A stretch of 53,554 nucleotides of DNA from an uncultured Bacteroidia bacterium (GCA_902794615.1 CADBHY010000001.1:1-53554); one strand, 5' to 3'. Shown: positions 29,474 through 39,179, counted from the first letter of the stretch. The notes: generated from the letters alone by a model not told the origin. A program made the numbers and translations.

Positions 29474-31332
29474 GTAATCGCTTTGATGTGATTGTTGTGG
29501 GAGGCGGGCACGCCGGCTGCGAGGCGGCAATGGCCGCTGCCGGCATGGGCTGTTCCGTTCTTCTTGTTACGGCCGACCTGAACGGCTTGGCCAAGATGAG
29601 CTGCAACCCTGCGGTGGGCGGTATTGCCAAAGGGCAGATAGTCCGGGAGATTGATGCGCTGGGTGGATACTCCGCCCTGGTGACGGATGCCGCCACCCTT
29701 CAGTTCCGCATGCTTAACCGCTCCAAAGGTCCGGCGATGTGGAGTCCGCGGGCCCAGTGCGATAAACAGCGCTTTTCTGCAACCTGGCTCAAGACGCTTT
29801 TAAGCTGCTCTAACATAAGTATTTATGCTGATTTTGCCGAAAATCTTCTCTTTGAGAATCAAAAAGTTTGCGGCATCAAGACAACTACCGGGGCAATTTT
29901 TCATTGTCGGGCGCTTATTTTGACCGCCGGAACCTTCCTTAACGGGAAGATGTTCATCGGCCAGCACTCCTTTGAAGGCGGGCGCATCGGTGAGAAAGCG
30001 TCTTATGGAATTTCCGAGCAGCTGGCTTCTTATGGAATTCCGACAGCTCGCATGAAGACGGGCACTCCTCCCCGAATTGATGTCCGTTCCTTGGACCTCT
30101 CCCGTCTTCCCGTTCAAGAAGGAGACCCGGAGCCCGAGCGTTTCTCTTTTTTGGATATTCCTTCTTCCGTTCAGGCTTCCGGTAGGCAGATGAACTGTTA
30201 CCTTCTTCATACCAACGAGAAGGTTCATGATATTTTGCGCAGCGGCTTTGACCGCTCTCCCCTTTTTACCGGTATGATTCACGGACGTGGTCCGCGCTAT
30301 TGTCCCAGCATCGAAGACAAACTTCGCACCTTTGCCGATAAAGACTCCCACCAGCTCTTTCTTGAGCCGGAGGGTGCGGATTCCCCGGAATACTATCTCC
30401 AGGGTTTTTCTTCGTCTCTCCCTCTGGAGGTTCAGTTAGACGCTGTGCATGCCATTGAGGGTTTGGAAAACGCTGTTTTCTTCAAGCCTGCCTATGCGGT
30501 GGAGTATGATTACTTTGATCCGCAGCAGCTTTACGCTTCGCTTCGCTCGAAAATAATTGATAATCTGTTTCTTGCGGGACAGGTTAACGGTACTACCGGC
30601 TATGAGGAAGCCGCTGCGCAGGGCATTGTTGCCGGCATTAATGCAAGCTTGTATCTTGCTGAACGTGAGGCGTTTATCCTTCGTCGTGACCAGGCTTATA
30701 TCGGTGTTCTCATTGACGATTTGATTACCAAGGGCGTTGATGAGCCTTACCGGATGTTTACTTCCCGGGCCGAATACCGTATCCTTCTGAGGCAGGACAA
30801 TGCCGATTTCCGCCTTACTCCCCTTTCTCACTCCCTTGGGCTTGCCAGCGAGTCACGTTATGCTGCAGTCATGTCCAAGATGGATGAGGTTGAAAAGCTT
30901 ACTTCCCTCTGTCATTCAACCAAGGTTCGGGCCGATACCGTGAATCCGCTTTTGGAAACTTTGGACTCTACTCCTCTTTCAGAGGGGAAACATTTGGAAG
31001 AATTGATTGCTCGCCCCGAGCTTTCTTTGTCTGATTTGTTGCCTTTTGTTCCACGTGGAACTTCGTTCTCTCCGGAGGCTGTCTTTTCGGCCGAGATTGC
31101 TATTAAGTACGCAGGCTATGTCCAGCGTGAAAAATTGCAGGCAGAGAAGAACAACCGCTTGGAGTATATCCGCATTCCGCATGGCTTTGACTTTGATTCC
31201 TTGCAGGGTTTGAGCATTGAGTGCAGGCAAAAACTCAAAAAATATAAGCCCGAGACCATCGCTCAGGCTTCCAGGATTTCCGGAGTTTCCCCTTCTGATA
31301 TTTCGGTTTTACTGGTTTATTTCGGCCGATAA
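29470..31332 (+). CDS. mnmG: tRNA uridine modification enzyme MnmG (GidA)
   Basis: GGGHAGCEAA, MSCNPAVGGIAKG, GPRYCPSIEDK, EPYRMFTSRAEYR. Confidence 0.98.
   Translation: MSNRFDVIVVGGGHAGCEAAMAAAGMGCSVLLVTADLNGLAKMSCNPAVGGIAKGQIVREIDALGGYSALVTDAATLQFRMLNRSKGPAMWSPRAQCDKQRFSATWLKTLLSCSNISIYADFAENLLFENQKVCGIKTTTGAIFHCRALILTAGTFLNGKMFIGQHSFEGGRIGEKASYGISEQLASYGIPTARMKTGTPPRIDVRSLDLSRLPVQEGDPEPERFSFLDIPSSVQASGRQMNCYLLHTNEKVHDILRSGFDRSPLFTGMIHGRGPRYCPSIEDKLRTFADKDSHQLFLEPEGADSPEYYLQGFSSSLPLEVQLDAVHAIEGLENAVFFKPAYAVEYDYFDPQQLYASLRSKIIDNLFLAGQVNGTTGYEEAAAQGIVAGINASLYLAEREAFILRRDQAYIGVLIDDLITKGVDEPYRMFTSRAEYRILLRQDNADFRLTPLSHSLGLASESRYAAVMSKMDEVEKLTSLCHSTKVRADTVNPLLETLDSTPLSEGKHLEELIARPELSLSDLLPFVPRGTSFSPEAVFSAEIAIKYAGYVQREKLQAEKNNRLEYIRIPHGFDFDSLQGLSIECRQKLKKYKPETIAQASRISGVSPSDISVLLVYFGR
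31047..31062. other. parS site (15/16 match) inside mnmG
   Basis: TGTTCCACGTGGAACT. Confidence 0.8.
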
Positions 31333-31341
31333 GGGTAAATT

Positions 31342-31357
31342 TGTTCCACGTGGAACA
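31342..31357. other. parS site, perfect palindrome
   Basis: TGTTCCACGTGGAACA; the palindrome extends over 31339-31360. Confidence 0.92.
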
Positions 31358-31370
31358 AATGCGATTGTTG

Positions 31371-31961
31371 CTACAGCCGCTTGAGGGCGGCTTTTATGAT
31401 GTCCTCGACCTTGGCTGCGGGATTTTCCTTGAGAATGGCGGGCATAACTTTGGCGATATTGGCCCTGGAGAAGCCCAGCATGGTGAGCGCGGTGGTGGCT
31501 TCTTCTGCCGTGGCACTGTTGTCGGCCTTGGCAAAGAGGGCCGACTCTTCGCTGCCTTCTCCCTTCAGAACCTTGTCTTTTAGTTCCAAAACCATTCTCT
31601 GGGCACTTTTAAGGCCGATTCCCTTGACGGATTTGAGTTTGTTTACGTCTTCTGCCAGAATGGCCTGACGGATTTCTTCGGAGCTGAGGGAAGACAGCAT
31701 CATCCGGGCGGAAGCCACGCCTATGCCGGAGACGCTGATGAGGAGGCGGAACAGCTCCCGCTCGTCTTTGGTGGCAAAGCCGTAGTAGAGTTCTTCATCT
31801 TCTTTGAGATAGTGATGGATATACACCTTTGCCTGGCTTGCGCCTTGGAATGCCTCGTAGCTTTGAAGCGAGAGGAGAATGCTGTAGCCTATGCCGCCGC
31901 ATTCCAGAATGAGTTCCGTGGGGGTTAATTCCACGATTTGTCCCTTTATGTATTCAATCAT
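31371..31961 (-). CDS. ruvA: Holliday junction branch migration protein RuvA
   Basis: MIEYIKG, LYYGF, VSGIG, VKGIGLKSAQR..LELKDK, ALTMLGF. Confidence 0.97.
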   Translation of the reverse strand: MIEYIKGQIVELTPTELILECGGIGYSILLSLQSYEAFQGASQAKVYIHHYLKEDEELYYGFATKDERELFRLLISVSGIGVASARMMLSSLSSEEIRQAILAEDVNKLKSVKGIGLKSAQRMVLELKDKVLKGEGSEESALFAKADNSATAEEATTALTMLGFSRANIAKVMPAILKENPAAKVEDIIKAALKRL

Positions 31962-32002
31962 ATCGCAAATTTATGTAAATTTGCAGACTTATCAAAAAGC
32001 CC

Positions 32003-33223
32003 ATGTCGCTGCCTCTCATACGTGCGGACTTCCCCGCCCTGGGTACACAAGTGTACGGAAAAGCGCTTGTGTATTTGGACAATGCGGCCACGGCGCAGCG
32101 GCCCTCGTCCGTGATTGCTTGCCAAAAGGCCCTTGCAGAGGCGTCCAATGCCAATATTCACCGGGCGGTTCACCGTCTGGCCGTGGAGGCGACGGATGCC
32201 TATGAAAGGGCGAGGGACCGTGTGAAGTCTTTCTTGAATGCCGCCGCCCGGGAAGAGATTGTGTTTACTTCCGGGGCCACGCAGGCCGTGAATTTGGTAG
32301 CCTTTTCTTATGGGCAAGTATTTGTAAATGAGGGAGATGAGATTGTTGTAAGCGTTGCGGAGCATCATTCCAACATTGTGCCTTGGCAGATGCTTTGTGA
32401 ACGGAAGAAGGCCCGGCTGAAGGTGCTGGATATCCGGGAGGACGGACTGCTCCATCCGGAAGATTTGGAAAAGCTGCTTTCGTCACGCACTAAGATTGTT
32501 GCTATCTCTCACATTTCCAATGTGTTAGGTCTTGTTAATCCCCTTGCGGAGCTTATTTCTGTATGTCACAGGAAGGGTGTTCCGGTGCTGATAGACGGCG
32601 CCCAGGGAATCGTTCATGCTCCTGTGGATGTGCAGGCCCTGGATTGCGATTTTTACGTGTTCTCCGGCCACAAGATTTATGCGGCTACCGGAACGGGCGT
32701 GCTGTATGGGAAACGCCGTTGGCTGGAGGCCATGCCGCCGTATATGGGAGGCGGTGAAATGATTGAGACAGTGAAGTTTAGCGGAACTACGTACGCTCCC
32801 CTGCCCATGAAATTTGAGGCCGGTACGCAGAACTTTAACGCCGTCCCCGCCTGGGTTCCCGCTTTGGATTGCGCGCTGCGTTTGCGGGAAGATGAGGCGG
32901 TAAAGAAGGAACAGGCCTCCATTTTGGCCTTTGTTTACGCGAAACTGACTGAGGATAAAAGAATTACGTTATACGGAAAAGGCCTGGAGCACAAGGTTCC
33001 CGTCTTTTCTTTTGCCGTAAAGGGAGCCCATCATGAAGATTTGGCCCTCATTTTGGACAAGATGGGAATCGCCGTCCGTTCAGGGCAGATGTGTGCGGAG
33101 CCGCTGATGGACCGTTTGGGCGTTACGGGGCTGCTCAGGGCCTCTTTTGCGCCGTATAATACCTTGGAGGAGGCAGAATATTTTGTCATCTGTTTGGATA
33201 AAGCCATAGAGATGTTGGTATGA
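32003..33223 (+). CDS. sufS: Cysteine desulfurase, SufS family
   Basis: YLDNAAT, EHHSNIVPW, DGAQ, FSGHK (PLP Lys), RSGQMCA (catalytic Cys). Confidence 0.93.
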   Translation: MSLPLIRADFPALGTQVYGKALVYLDNAATAQRPSSVIACQKALAEASNANIHRAVHRLAVEATDAYERARDRVKSFLNAAAREEIVFTSGATQAVNLVAFSYGQVFVNEGDEIVVSVAEHHSNIVPWQMLCERKKARLKVLDIREDGLLHPEDLEKLLSSRTKIVAISHISNVLGLVNPLAELISVCHRKGVPVLIDGAQGIVHAPVDVQALDCDFYVFSGHKIYAATGTGVLYGKRRWLEAMPPYMGGGEMIETVKFSGTTYAPLPMKFEAGTQNFNAVPAWVPALDCALRLREDEAVKKEQASILAFVYAKLTEDKRITLYGKGLEHKVPVFSFAVKGAHHEDLALILDKMGIAVRSGQMCAEPLMDRLGVTGLLRASFAPYNTLEEAEYFVICLDKAIEMLV

Positions 33224-33642
33224 CACTGGAAGAAAAGAAACAAAGCATCGTAGAAGATTTTTCCCTCTACGAGGAGTGGTTGGACAAGTACGAGTACTTG
33301 ATTGAGCTGGGAAAGTCCCTGGCACCGTTCCCGGAGGAAAAAAAGACGGAGGAGCGTCTTATAAAAGGCTGTCAGTCACGTGTTTGGCTGGATTCCGAGC
33401 AGAAGGACGGAAAGCTTTATTTCACGGCCGACAGCGACGCCATCATTACCCGCGGCATCATTTCGCTGCTCGTCAGCGTTTATTCCGGACGCACGCCCGG
33501 GGAAATTGCCGGGGACGATTTTGGCTTTGTGGAGGAAATCGGCCTTAAAGAGAACCTCTCCCCTACCCGTGCCAACGGCCTTGTGTCCATGATTGAAAGG
33601 ATTAAACAAATAGCGACAGATTCTTCGCTTCGCTCAGAATGA
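33220..33642 (+). CDS. sufE: SufE sulfur acceptor
   Basis: IKGCQSRVW, ADSDAIITRG, LSPTRANGL. Confidence 0.95.
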   Translation: MTLEEKKQSIVEDFSLYEEWLDKYEYLIELGKSLAPFPEEKKTEERLIKGCQSRVWLDSEQKDGKLYFTADSDAIITRGIISLLVSVYSGRTPGEIAGDDFGFVEEIGLKENLSPTRANGLVSMIERIKQIATDSSLRSE

Positions 33643-33687
33643 CAAAACGCTCAGCCTTGTCATTCTGAAGACGAAGGCCGAAGAATC
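33619..33687. repeat. REP-like palindromic element pair
   Basis: GATTCTTCGCTTCGCTCAGAATGACA ... TGTCATTCTGAAGACGAAGGCCGAAGAATC; related copy at 38460-38484. Confidence 0.7.
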
Positions 33688-33698
33688 CGTATAGGAAA

Positions 33699-34082
33699 AT
33701 GGAAGAAAAGAAAGACATACTCACGGCAGAGGACGTAAAGGAGCTTCAACCCCTTTACGCTGCGGTCATATCGGCCTTGAAAGAGGTTTATGACCCGGAA
33801 ATCCCCGTGAATATCTATGATTTGGGGCTCATTTATGAGCTCACCATCAACAAAGCGCATGAGGTGAGCATCCTCATGACGTTTACGGCGCCCAACTGCC
33901 CTATGGCCGATCAGGTGATGATGGAGGTCCAGCAGGGCGTGGAAGGCGTCCCCGGGGTTTCCAAATGCACCATAGACCTTACGTTTGAACCCGAGTGGGA
34001 CCGCAGCATGCTCTCGGAAGAGGCGCGGGTAGAACTGGGCCTGGACTATGAGGAGGACGATTACGGCAAACTGAACGACTGA
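33699..34082 (+). CDS. sufT: Fe-S cluster assembly protein, SufT/PaaD (DUF59) family
   Basis: VYDPEIPVNIYDLGLIY, TAPNCP, FEPEW. Confidence 0.9.
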   Translation: MEEKKDILTAEDVKELQPLYAAVISALKEVYDPEIPVNIYDLGLIYELTINKAHEVSILMTFTAPNCPMADQVMMEVQQGVEGVPGVSKCTIDLTFEPEWDRSMLSEEARVELGLDYEEDDYGKLND

Positions 34083-34564
34083 TGGAAAGGGTGGATGTGT
34101 TTTTGGGCCTGGGCTCCAACCTGGGCGAGCGGGAAAAGAACCTCCTGAAGGCCATGAACCTGATGGACGAGGCTTTCGGGATGCACCCGGAACGCATTTC
34201 CCGTATTGTGGAAACGCCCGCCTGGGGCTTTGAGGGGCCGTCTTTCCTGAATATGTGCGTGCTGTATCGGCTTCCCCGGAAAGGAACGCCCCAGGAGCAC
34301 GGCCTGGAGATTCTGCGTCAGGTGAAGGAGATAGAAAAGGCCCTGGGACGCACGGAGGAGGCCCTTTTTGATGAGGAGGGCCGACGTATTTACCGTGACC
34401 GGATTATTGACATAGACATCCTCTGCTATGGCGCCCACCGGATTGATTTACCGGAGCTGACCGTCCCCCACCCCCTGATTGGCCAGCGGGATTTTGTGAA
34501 AAAACCGCTTTTGGAGATATCCAAGCCTGCCATCCGGGAGGCGTTTCCGGAACTGTTTGTGTGA
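34082..34564 (+). CDS. folK: 6-hydroxymethyl-7,8-dihydropterin pyrophosphokinase
   Basis: LGLGSNLG, ETPAWG, FLN, RIIDIDIL, LTVPHP, RDFV. Confidence 0.95.
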   Translation: MERVDVFLGLGSNLGEREKNLLKAMNLMDEAFGMHPERISRIVETPAWGFEGPSFLNMCVLYRLPRKGTPQEHGLEILRQVKEIEKALGRTEEALFDEEGRRIYRDRIIDIDILCYGAHRIDLPELTVPHPLIGQRDFVKKPLLEISKPAIREAFPELFV

Positions 34565-34588
34565 AGAATCTGTAAAAATTATTGCTAT

Positions 34589-36127
34589 ATGACACAAGAT
34601 GAACTTTTTAAGGTGCTGGTAGCCCATTGCAAGGAGTATGGCTTCATATTCCCTTCCAGCGAGATTTACGACGGTCTGGCCGCCGTTTATGATTACGGCC
34701 AGATGGGCGTCCAGCTCAAGAACAACATCAAAAACTATTGGTGGGAGGCCATGACGCGCCTCAATGAGAATATCGTAGGCATCGATTCCGCCATTTTCAT
34801 GCATCCGCGCATCTGGGAGGCCTCCGGCCACGTGAGTGCCTTCAACGACCCCCTCATCGACAACAAAGACTCCAAGAAGCGCTACAGGGCCGATGTCCTG
34901 ATTGAGGACTACCTGGGCAAGATTGAAGAGAAGATTGAGAAGGAAGTGGCCAAGGGCCGCAAGAAATTCGGCGACAGCTTCAACGAAGAGCAGTTCCGCG
35001 CCACCAACCCCAATGTGCTGCGTGAGAAGGCCAAATACGACGAAGTCCACAATCGCTATGTGGCGGCCGAAAAGGCCAATGATTTTGCCGAATATCGGCA
35101 GATTATCATCGACTGCGGCATCGTGTGCCCCATCAGCGGCACCTGCAACTGGACGGAGGTGCGTCAGTTTAACCTGATGTTCTCCACTTCCATGGGTTCC
35201 ACGGCCGAGGGCGCCAATACCATTTATCTGCGTCCGGAGACCGCCCAGGGCATTTTCGTGAACTATCTGAACGTCCAGAAGACCGGCCGCATGAAGATTC
35301 CCTTCGGTATCGCCCAGATTGGCAAGGCCTTCCGCAATGAGATTGTGGCCCGCCAGTTCATCTTCCGCATGAGGGAGTTCGAGCAGATGGAAATGCAGTT
35401 CTTCATCAAGCCCGGAACCGAGCTGGAATGGTTCAAGAAATGGAAGGAAACCCGCATGAAATGGCATGTGAACCTGGGTATGGGAGCCGAAAACTACCGT
35501 TTCCATGACCATGAGAAGCTGGCCCACTACGCCAATGCCGCCACGGACATCGAGTTCAACTTCCCCTTCGGCTTCAAGGAGCTGGAAGGCATCCACAGCC
35601 GCACAAACTTTGACCTGGGCAACCACCAGAAGTTCTCCGGCAAGAAGATTGAATACTTTGATCCAGAGGAGAATACCTCCTACACGCCCTATGTGATTGA
35701 AACATCCATCGGCGTAGACCGTATGGTGCTGGCCGTTCTCTCCCACTCCTACACGGTGGAGAAGCTGGAAAACGGTGAAGAGCGCGTTGTGATGAAGATT
35801 CCTGCCCCGCTGGCCCCCATCAAGGTGGCCGTGATGCCCCTGGTGAAGAAAGACGGCCTGCCGGAACTGGCCCAGAAGGTGGTGGACGAGCTCAAATATG
35901 ACTTCTCCTACCAGTACGACGAGAAAGACTCCATCGGCAAGCGTTATCGCCGCCAGGATGCCATTGGAACGCCTTTCTGCGTGACGGTGGACCACGACAG
36001 CCTGAACGACGGCTGCGTTACCGTCAGAGACCGCGACAACATGACTCAGGAGCGCGTCAAGATTAGCGAGCTCCGGGACATGATTGACAAGAAGGTCTCC
36101 CTTACCAATCTTCTCCGCAATCTCTAG
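34589..36127 (+). CDS. glyQS: Glycine--tRNA ligase (alpha2 type)
   Basis: YLRPETAQGIF, AFRNEI, FRMREFEQMEM, IGKRYRRQDAIGTP. Confidence 0.97.
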   Translation: MTQDELFKVLVAHCKEYGFIFPSSEIYDGLAAVYDYGQMGVQLKNNIKNYWWEAMTRLNENIVGIDSAIFMHPRIWEASGHVSAFNDPLIDNKDSKKRYRADVLIEDYLGKIEEKIEKEVAKGRKKFGDSFNEEQFRATNPNVLREKAKYDEVHNRYVAAEKANDFAEYRQIIIDCGIVCPISGTCNWTEVRQFNLMFSTSMGSTAEGANTIYLRPETAQGIFVNYLNVQKTGRMKIPFGIAQIGKAFRNEIVARQFIFRMREFEQMEMQFFIKPGTELEWFKKWKETRMKWHVNLGMGAENYRFHDHEKLAHYANAATDIEFNFPFGFKELEGIHSRTNFDLGNHQKFSGKKIEYFDPEENTSYTPYVIETSIGVDRMVLAVLSHSYTVEKLENGEERVVMKIPAPLAPIKVAVMPLVKKDGLPELAQKVVDELKYDFSYQYDEKDSIGKRYRRQDAIGTPFCVTVDHDSLNDGCVTVRDRDNMTQERVKISELRDMIDKKVSLTNLLRNL

Positions 36128-36128
36128 C

Positions 36129-36695
36129 ATGGGACCGCTTCTTCTCCTCATAACGGCCGTTCTGGCTACGCTGGTGCTGTATTTCTGGGCCCGCAAGGCC
36201 CAGCTGGAAAAGCAGCTCATAGAAGAGCGTGAGGAGAACGAGCGCATCATGAACATAGCTGAAGACTTGAAGGCCCGCCTGGGCGCCGCTTCCAAGCGCC
36301 AGACGGGCCGCAAGTTCGACGCTTTGGACCGCCTTTGCGAGCAATACTACATCTACGAAGGCACGGACAACCTCCAGCCCCGCATTCTGAAGGAGGTCAA
36401 ATCCATCGTGGACGGCCTCCGGGCCGATGAAAATGTCCGCCGGCAGCTGGAACAGGCCCTCAATGAGTCTTCAGATGGCGTTATAAACAAGCTGAAGGCC
36501 GATTTTCCCGGCATGAAACAAGAAGATTACATGCTCTTTCTTTTTACGGCATCCGGCTTTTCCACCACCACCATTTCCACGCTTTTGGAGAAGGACAAGC
36601 CCTATGTTTACAACCGGCTTTACAGGCTCAAAGAGCGCCTGAAACAGTCCGGCTCCGCCCATAAAACCCTGTATTTAACCTGTTTGGACAGGTAA
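36129..36695 (+). CDS. Membrane-anchored hypothetical protein with a possible C-terminal HTH
   Basis: N-terminal TM helix, coiled coil, GFSTTTISTLL..VYNRLYRLKERL tail. Confidence 0.7.
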   Translation: MGPLLLLITAVLATLVLYFWARKAQLEKQLIEEREENERIMNIAEDLKARLGAASKRQTGRKFDALDRLCEQYYIYEGTDNLQPRILKEVKSIVDGLRADENVRRQLEQALNESSDGVINKLKADFPGMKQEDYMLFLFTASGFSTTTISTLLEKDKPYVYNRLYRLKERLKQSGSAHKTLYLTCLDR

Positions 36696-36910
36696 CTTAC
36701 CCTGTTTGGTAAACGGCCGAAAATTGCGGGTTTTCGACGTCTTTTTACCGAAATGCGAGATTTTTATTTTCGACATCTCTCGCTACTGCTTGATAATTAG
36801 GCGTTTGCAAAAACACTTTTGCGAGATTGTTTTTCCCCCATTATTTGGAGGCAAAAATTATCTTTCCGAACTTTGCATCAGAAGAATACAAACCATTTAA
36901 TTTTTATACC

Positions 36911-37603
36911 ATGGAAGTAAAGAAATCCCCCAAAGCCAGCCTTGAGAACAAGCGCCTGCTCTTCACGGAGATTGGCCTTCTCGTTGCTCTGGGCATCGTG
37001 TACCTGGCCTTCAACTATTCTTCCAAAGACGCCAAGGTTGCCGTTCTTGAAGACACCACCCAGGCCGTCATCGAGGAAGAGATGGTTGCCATCCAGAACG
37101 AGCTCCCTCCGCCCCCGCCCGAGGCACCTAACATCCCTGTTCTGAGCGACCAGATTGACATTGTGGACGACGACATCAAGCTCGATGACGACCTGTTCAT
37201 GAACCTGGAAGACAACAACCAGGCCTTCGAGATTCAGGATTACAAGGAAGCCGTCGTTGAGGAGGAAGAGGTTGAGGAAGAAGCCATTCCTTTCCAGCTG
37301 GTAGAAAAGAAGCCGTCCTTCCAGGGCGGAGACGCCAACGAGTTCTCCAAGTGGGTGAATTCCCGTCTGGTTTATCCTGAAATTGCCAAGGAGAACGGCG
37401 TACAGGGCCGTGTAACCCTGCAGTTCACCGTAGAGGCCGACGGCCGCGTAACCAATGTGCGCGTGCTCCGTGGCGTGGACGAGTCCCTGGACAAAGAGGC
37501 TGTCCGCGTGGTTTCCAGCTCTCCCAAGTGGACGCCCGGCCGTCAGCGTGACCGCGCCGTGAAGGTTACTTACACCTTCCCGGTGATTTTCCAGCTGCGC
37601 TAA
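36911..37603 (+). CDS. tonB: Energy transducer TonB
   Basis: MEVKKSPKASLE, TM helix, PPPPP, YPEIAKENGVQGRV, WTPG.Q. Confidence 0.95.
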   Translation: MEVKKSPKASLENKRLLFTEIGLLVALGIVYLAFNYSSKDAKVAVLEDTTQAVIEEEMVAIQNELPPPPPEAPNIPVLSDQIDIVDDDIKLDDDLFMNLEDNNQAFEIQDYKEAVVEEEEVEEEAIPFQLVEKKPSFQGGDANEFSKWVNSRLVYPEIAKENGVQGRVTLQFTVEADGRVTNVRVLRGVDESLDKEAVRVVSSSPKWTPGRQRDRAVKVTYTFPVIFQLR

Positions 37604-37627
37604 CGCAAGCCTGTTTAAGCCGCATAG

Positions 37628-37660
37628 AGGCCGGTCAGAGTTTTCTGATCGGCCTTTTTT
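37628..37660 (+). terminator. Intrinsic terminator after tonB
   Basis: aggccggtcaga/tctgatcggcct hairpin plus T tract. Confidence 0.8.
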
Positions 37661-37739
37661 GTAAAAAATCCCCACAAATGATGATGGTGAAAAAAAGAAT
37701 TCATTTCTACCTTTGCAATCCCAAAATATAGCTTAAAGA

Positions 37740-38459
37740 ATGGCAGATAGTGTAATTAGCTGTGAACACCTGACGCATTTCTATGGAAAGCGCAAAATCT
37801 ATGAAGATTTGAACTTCGAGGTGGCTCCGGGCCGGATTGTGGGCCTTCTGGGCAAAAACGGCACCGGAAAAACCACCACCATCAATATCCTGATGGGATA
37901 CCTGAAGCCGCAGAGCGGCACCTGCCGTATCTATGGAGAGGATGTTCAGCACATCAGTCCCGCAACCCGCCGGCGCATTGCCCTGCTCCTGGAGGGGCAT
38001 GTTCAGTATGAGTATATGAGCATTGCCCAGATTGAGAAGTTCTACGCCGCGTTCTATCCCAAATGGAACCGCGAGGCCTACTACGGGCTGATGGAGAAAC
38101 TTCACGTGGCTCCGGGTCAGCGGATTTCCCGCATGTCCAACGGACAGCGCTCCCAGGTGGCCCTGGGGCTCATTCTGGCGCAGAATGCCGATTTGCTAGT
38201 GCTGGACGACTTCTCCCTGGGCCTGGACCCCGGGTACCGCCGTCTCTTCTGCGAGTACCTGAGAGACTATGCCAAGGCCGAAGGAAAGACGGTCTTCCTT
38301 ACCTCCCACATTATCCAGGACCTGGAAAAACTTGTGGATGAGGTGATTGTGATGGATTACGGCAGCATCCTGGTGCAGGAGGAAGCCGCATCCCTGATGG
38401 GCCGGTACCCGGGAATGACCTTGGAGGACATTTTCATTGAACTGACCGGAAAGTATTGA
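37740..38459 (+). CDS. ABC transporter ATP-binding protein
   Basis: GKNGTGKT, MSNGQ, LVLDD, TSH; TACCTTTG -7 element at ~37708. Confidence 0.93.
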   Translation: MADSVISCEHLTHFYGKRKIYEDLNFEVAPGRIVGLLGKNGTGKTTTINILMGYLKPQSGTCRIYGEDVQHISPATRRRIALLLEGHVQYEYMSIAQIEKFYAAFYPKWNREAYYGLMEKLHVAPGQRISRMSNGQRSQVALGLILAQNADLLVLDDFSLGLDPGYRRLFCEYLRDYAKAEGKTVFLTSHIIQDLEKLVDEVIVMDYGSILVQEEAASLMGRYPGMTLEDIFIELTGKY

Positions 38460-38484
38460 GATTCTTCACTTCGTTCAGAATGAC
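38460..38484. repeat. REP-like element, single copy
   Basis: GATTCTTCACTTCGTTCAGAATGAC, 23/25 identical to 33619-33643. Confidence 0.7.
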
Positions 38485-38507
38485 GGACAAGATTTCAGAG
38501 TGACGAT

Positions 38508-39179
38508 ATGAATAAAATGATATTGTATAAGGAATGGCTGAAGACGCGCTGGGTGCTGCTGGGTATCCTGCTGGTGTTTGCCGCCATCGGCTTTTACTGC
38601 TTTTTGAACCTGAGCAAGGTGGTGGAGATACGGGGCGGAGCGCTTCTTTGGGAGGCCATGGTGGCAAAAGACGCCATCCTGGTAGATGTTTTCCGCTATC
38701 TGCCCGCCCTCGCGGGCATTTTCCTGGGCCTGGCCCAGGCGGTCCCGGAAATACAGCACAAGCGGCTCAAGCTCACCCTTCACCTTCCCTATCCGCAAAA
38801 GAGGATGCTGCTGGTGATGGTGGCCTTCGGCCTGCTCATCCTTGCGCTGTTGTATGCCCTGCAGGCCTGTTTAAGCGCCGTTTTGCTGGCTCAATGGCTT
38901 GCTTCGGAACTGGTTTCCCGGATCCTTCGCACCATGCTGGTGTGGTATCTGGCCGGCTGGGCGGCCTACCTCTTTACCTGGGCCCTTTGCTTGGAGCCCA
39001 GCTGGAAAATGCGGGTGCCGGTCGTCGGGGTGGCATCGGCCTTCCTGTACCTGCTGTTCCTCTCACGAATGCCGGAGGCCTATAACGGCTTCCTGCCCTG
39101 GCTGCTGGCCTACACGCTCCTTTCCGGCGTTTTGCTGTTCCATGGCGTAGCGCGCTTCAAGGAGGGCGCCCAAGACTGA
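38508..39179 (+). CDS. ABC transporter permease-like membrane protein
   Basis: YKEWLKTRW start, about 6 TM helices, RLKLTLHLP; follows the ATPase gene. Confidence 0.8.
   Translation: MNKMILYKEWLKTRWVLLGILLVFAAIGFYCFLNLSKVVEIRGGALLWEAMVAKDAILVDVFRYLPALAGIFLGLAQAVPEIQHKRLKLTLHLPYPQKRMLLVMVAFGLLILALLYALQACLSAVLLAQWLASELVSRILRTMLVWYLAGWAAYLFTWALCLEPSWKMRVPVVGVASAFLYLLFLSRMPEAYNGFLPWLLAYTLLSGVLLFHGVARFKEGAQD

Noticed and set aside
33076-33100. SufS motif RSGQMCA instead of RxGHHCA
   Set aside because: The catalytic Cys and PLP Lys are retained and the sufE/sufT context is normal; treated as a lineage variant.
37676-37706. Possible Fur box upstream of the uptake operon
   Set aside because: AATGATGATGGTGAAAA is only a weak, non-palindromic match.
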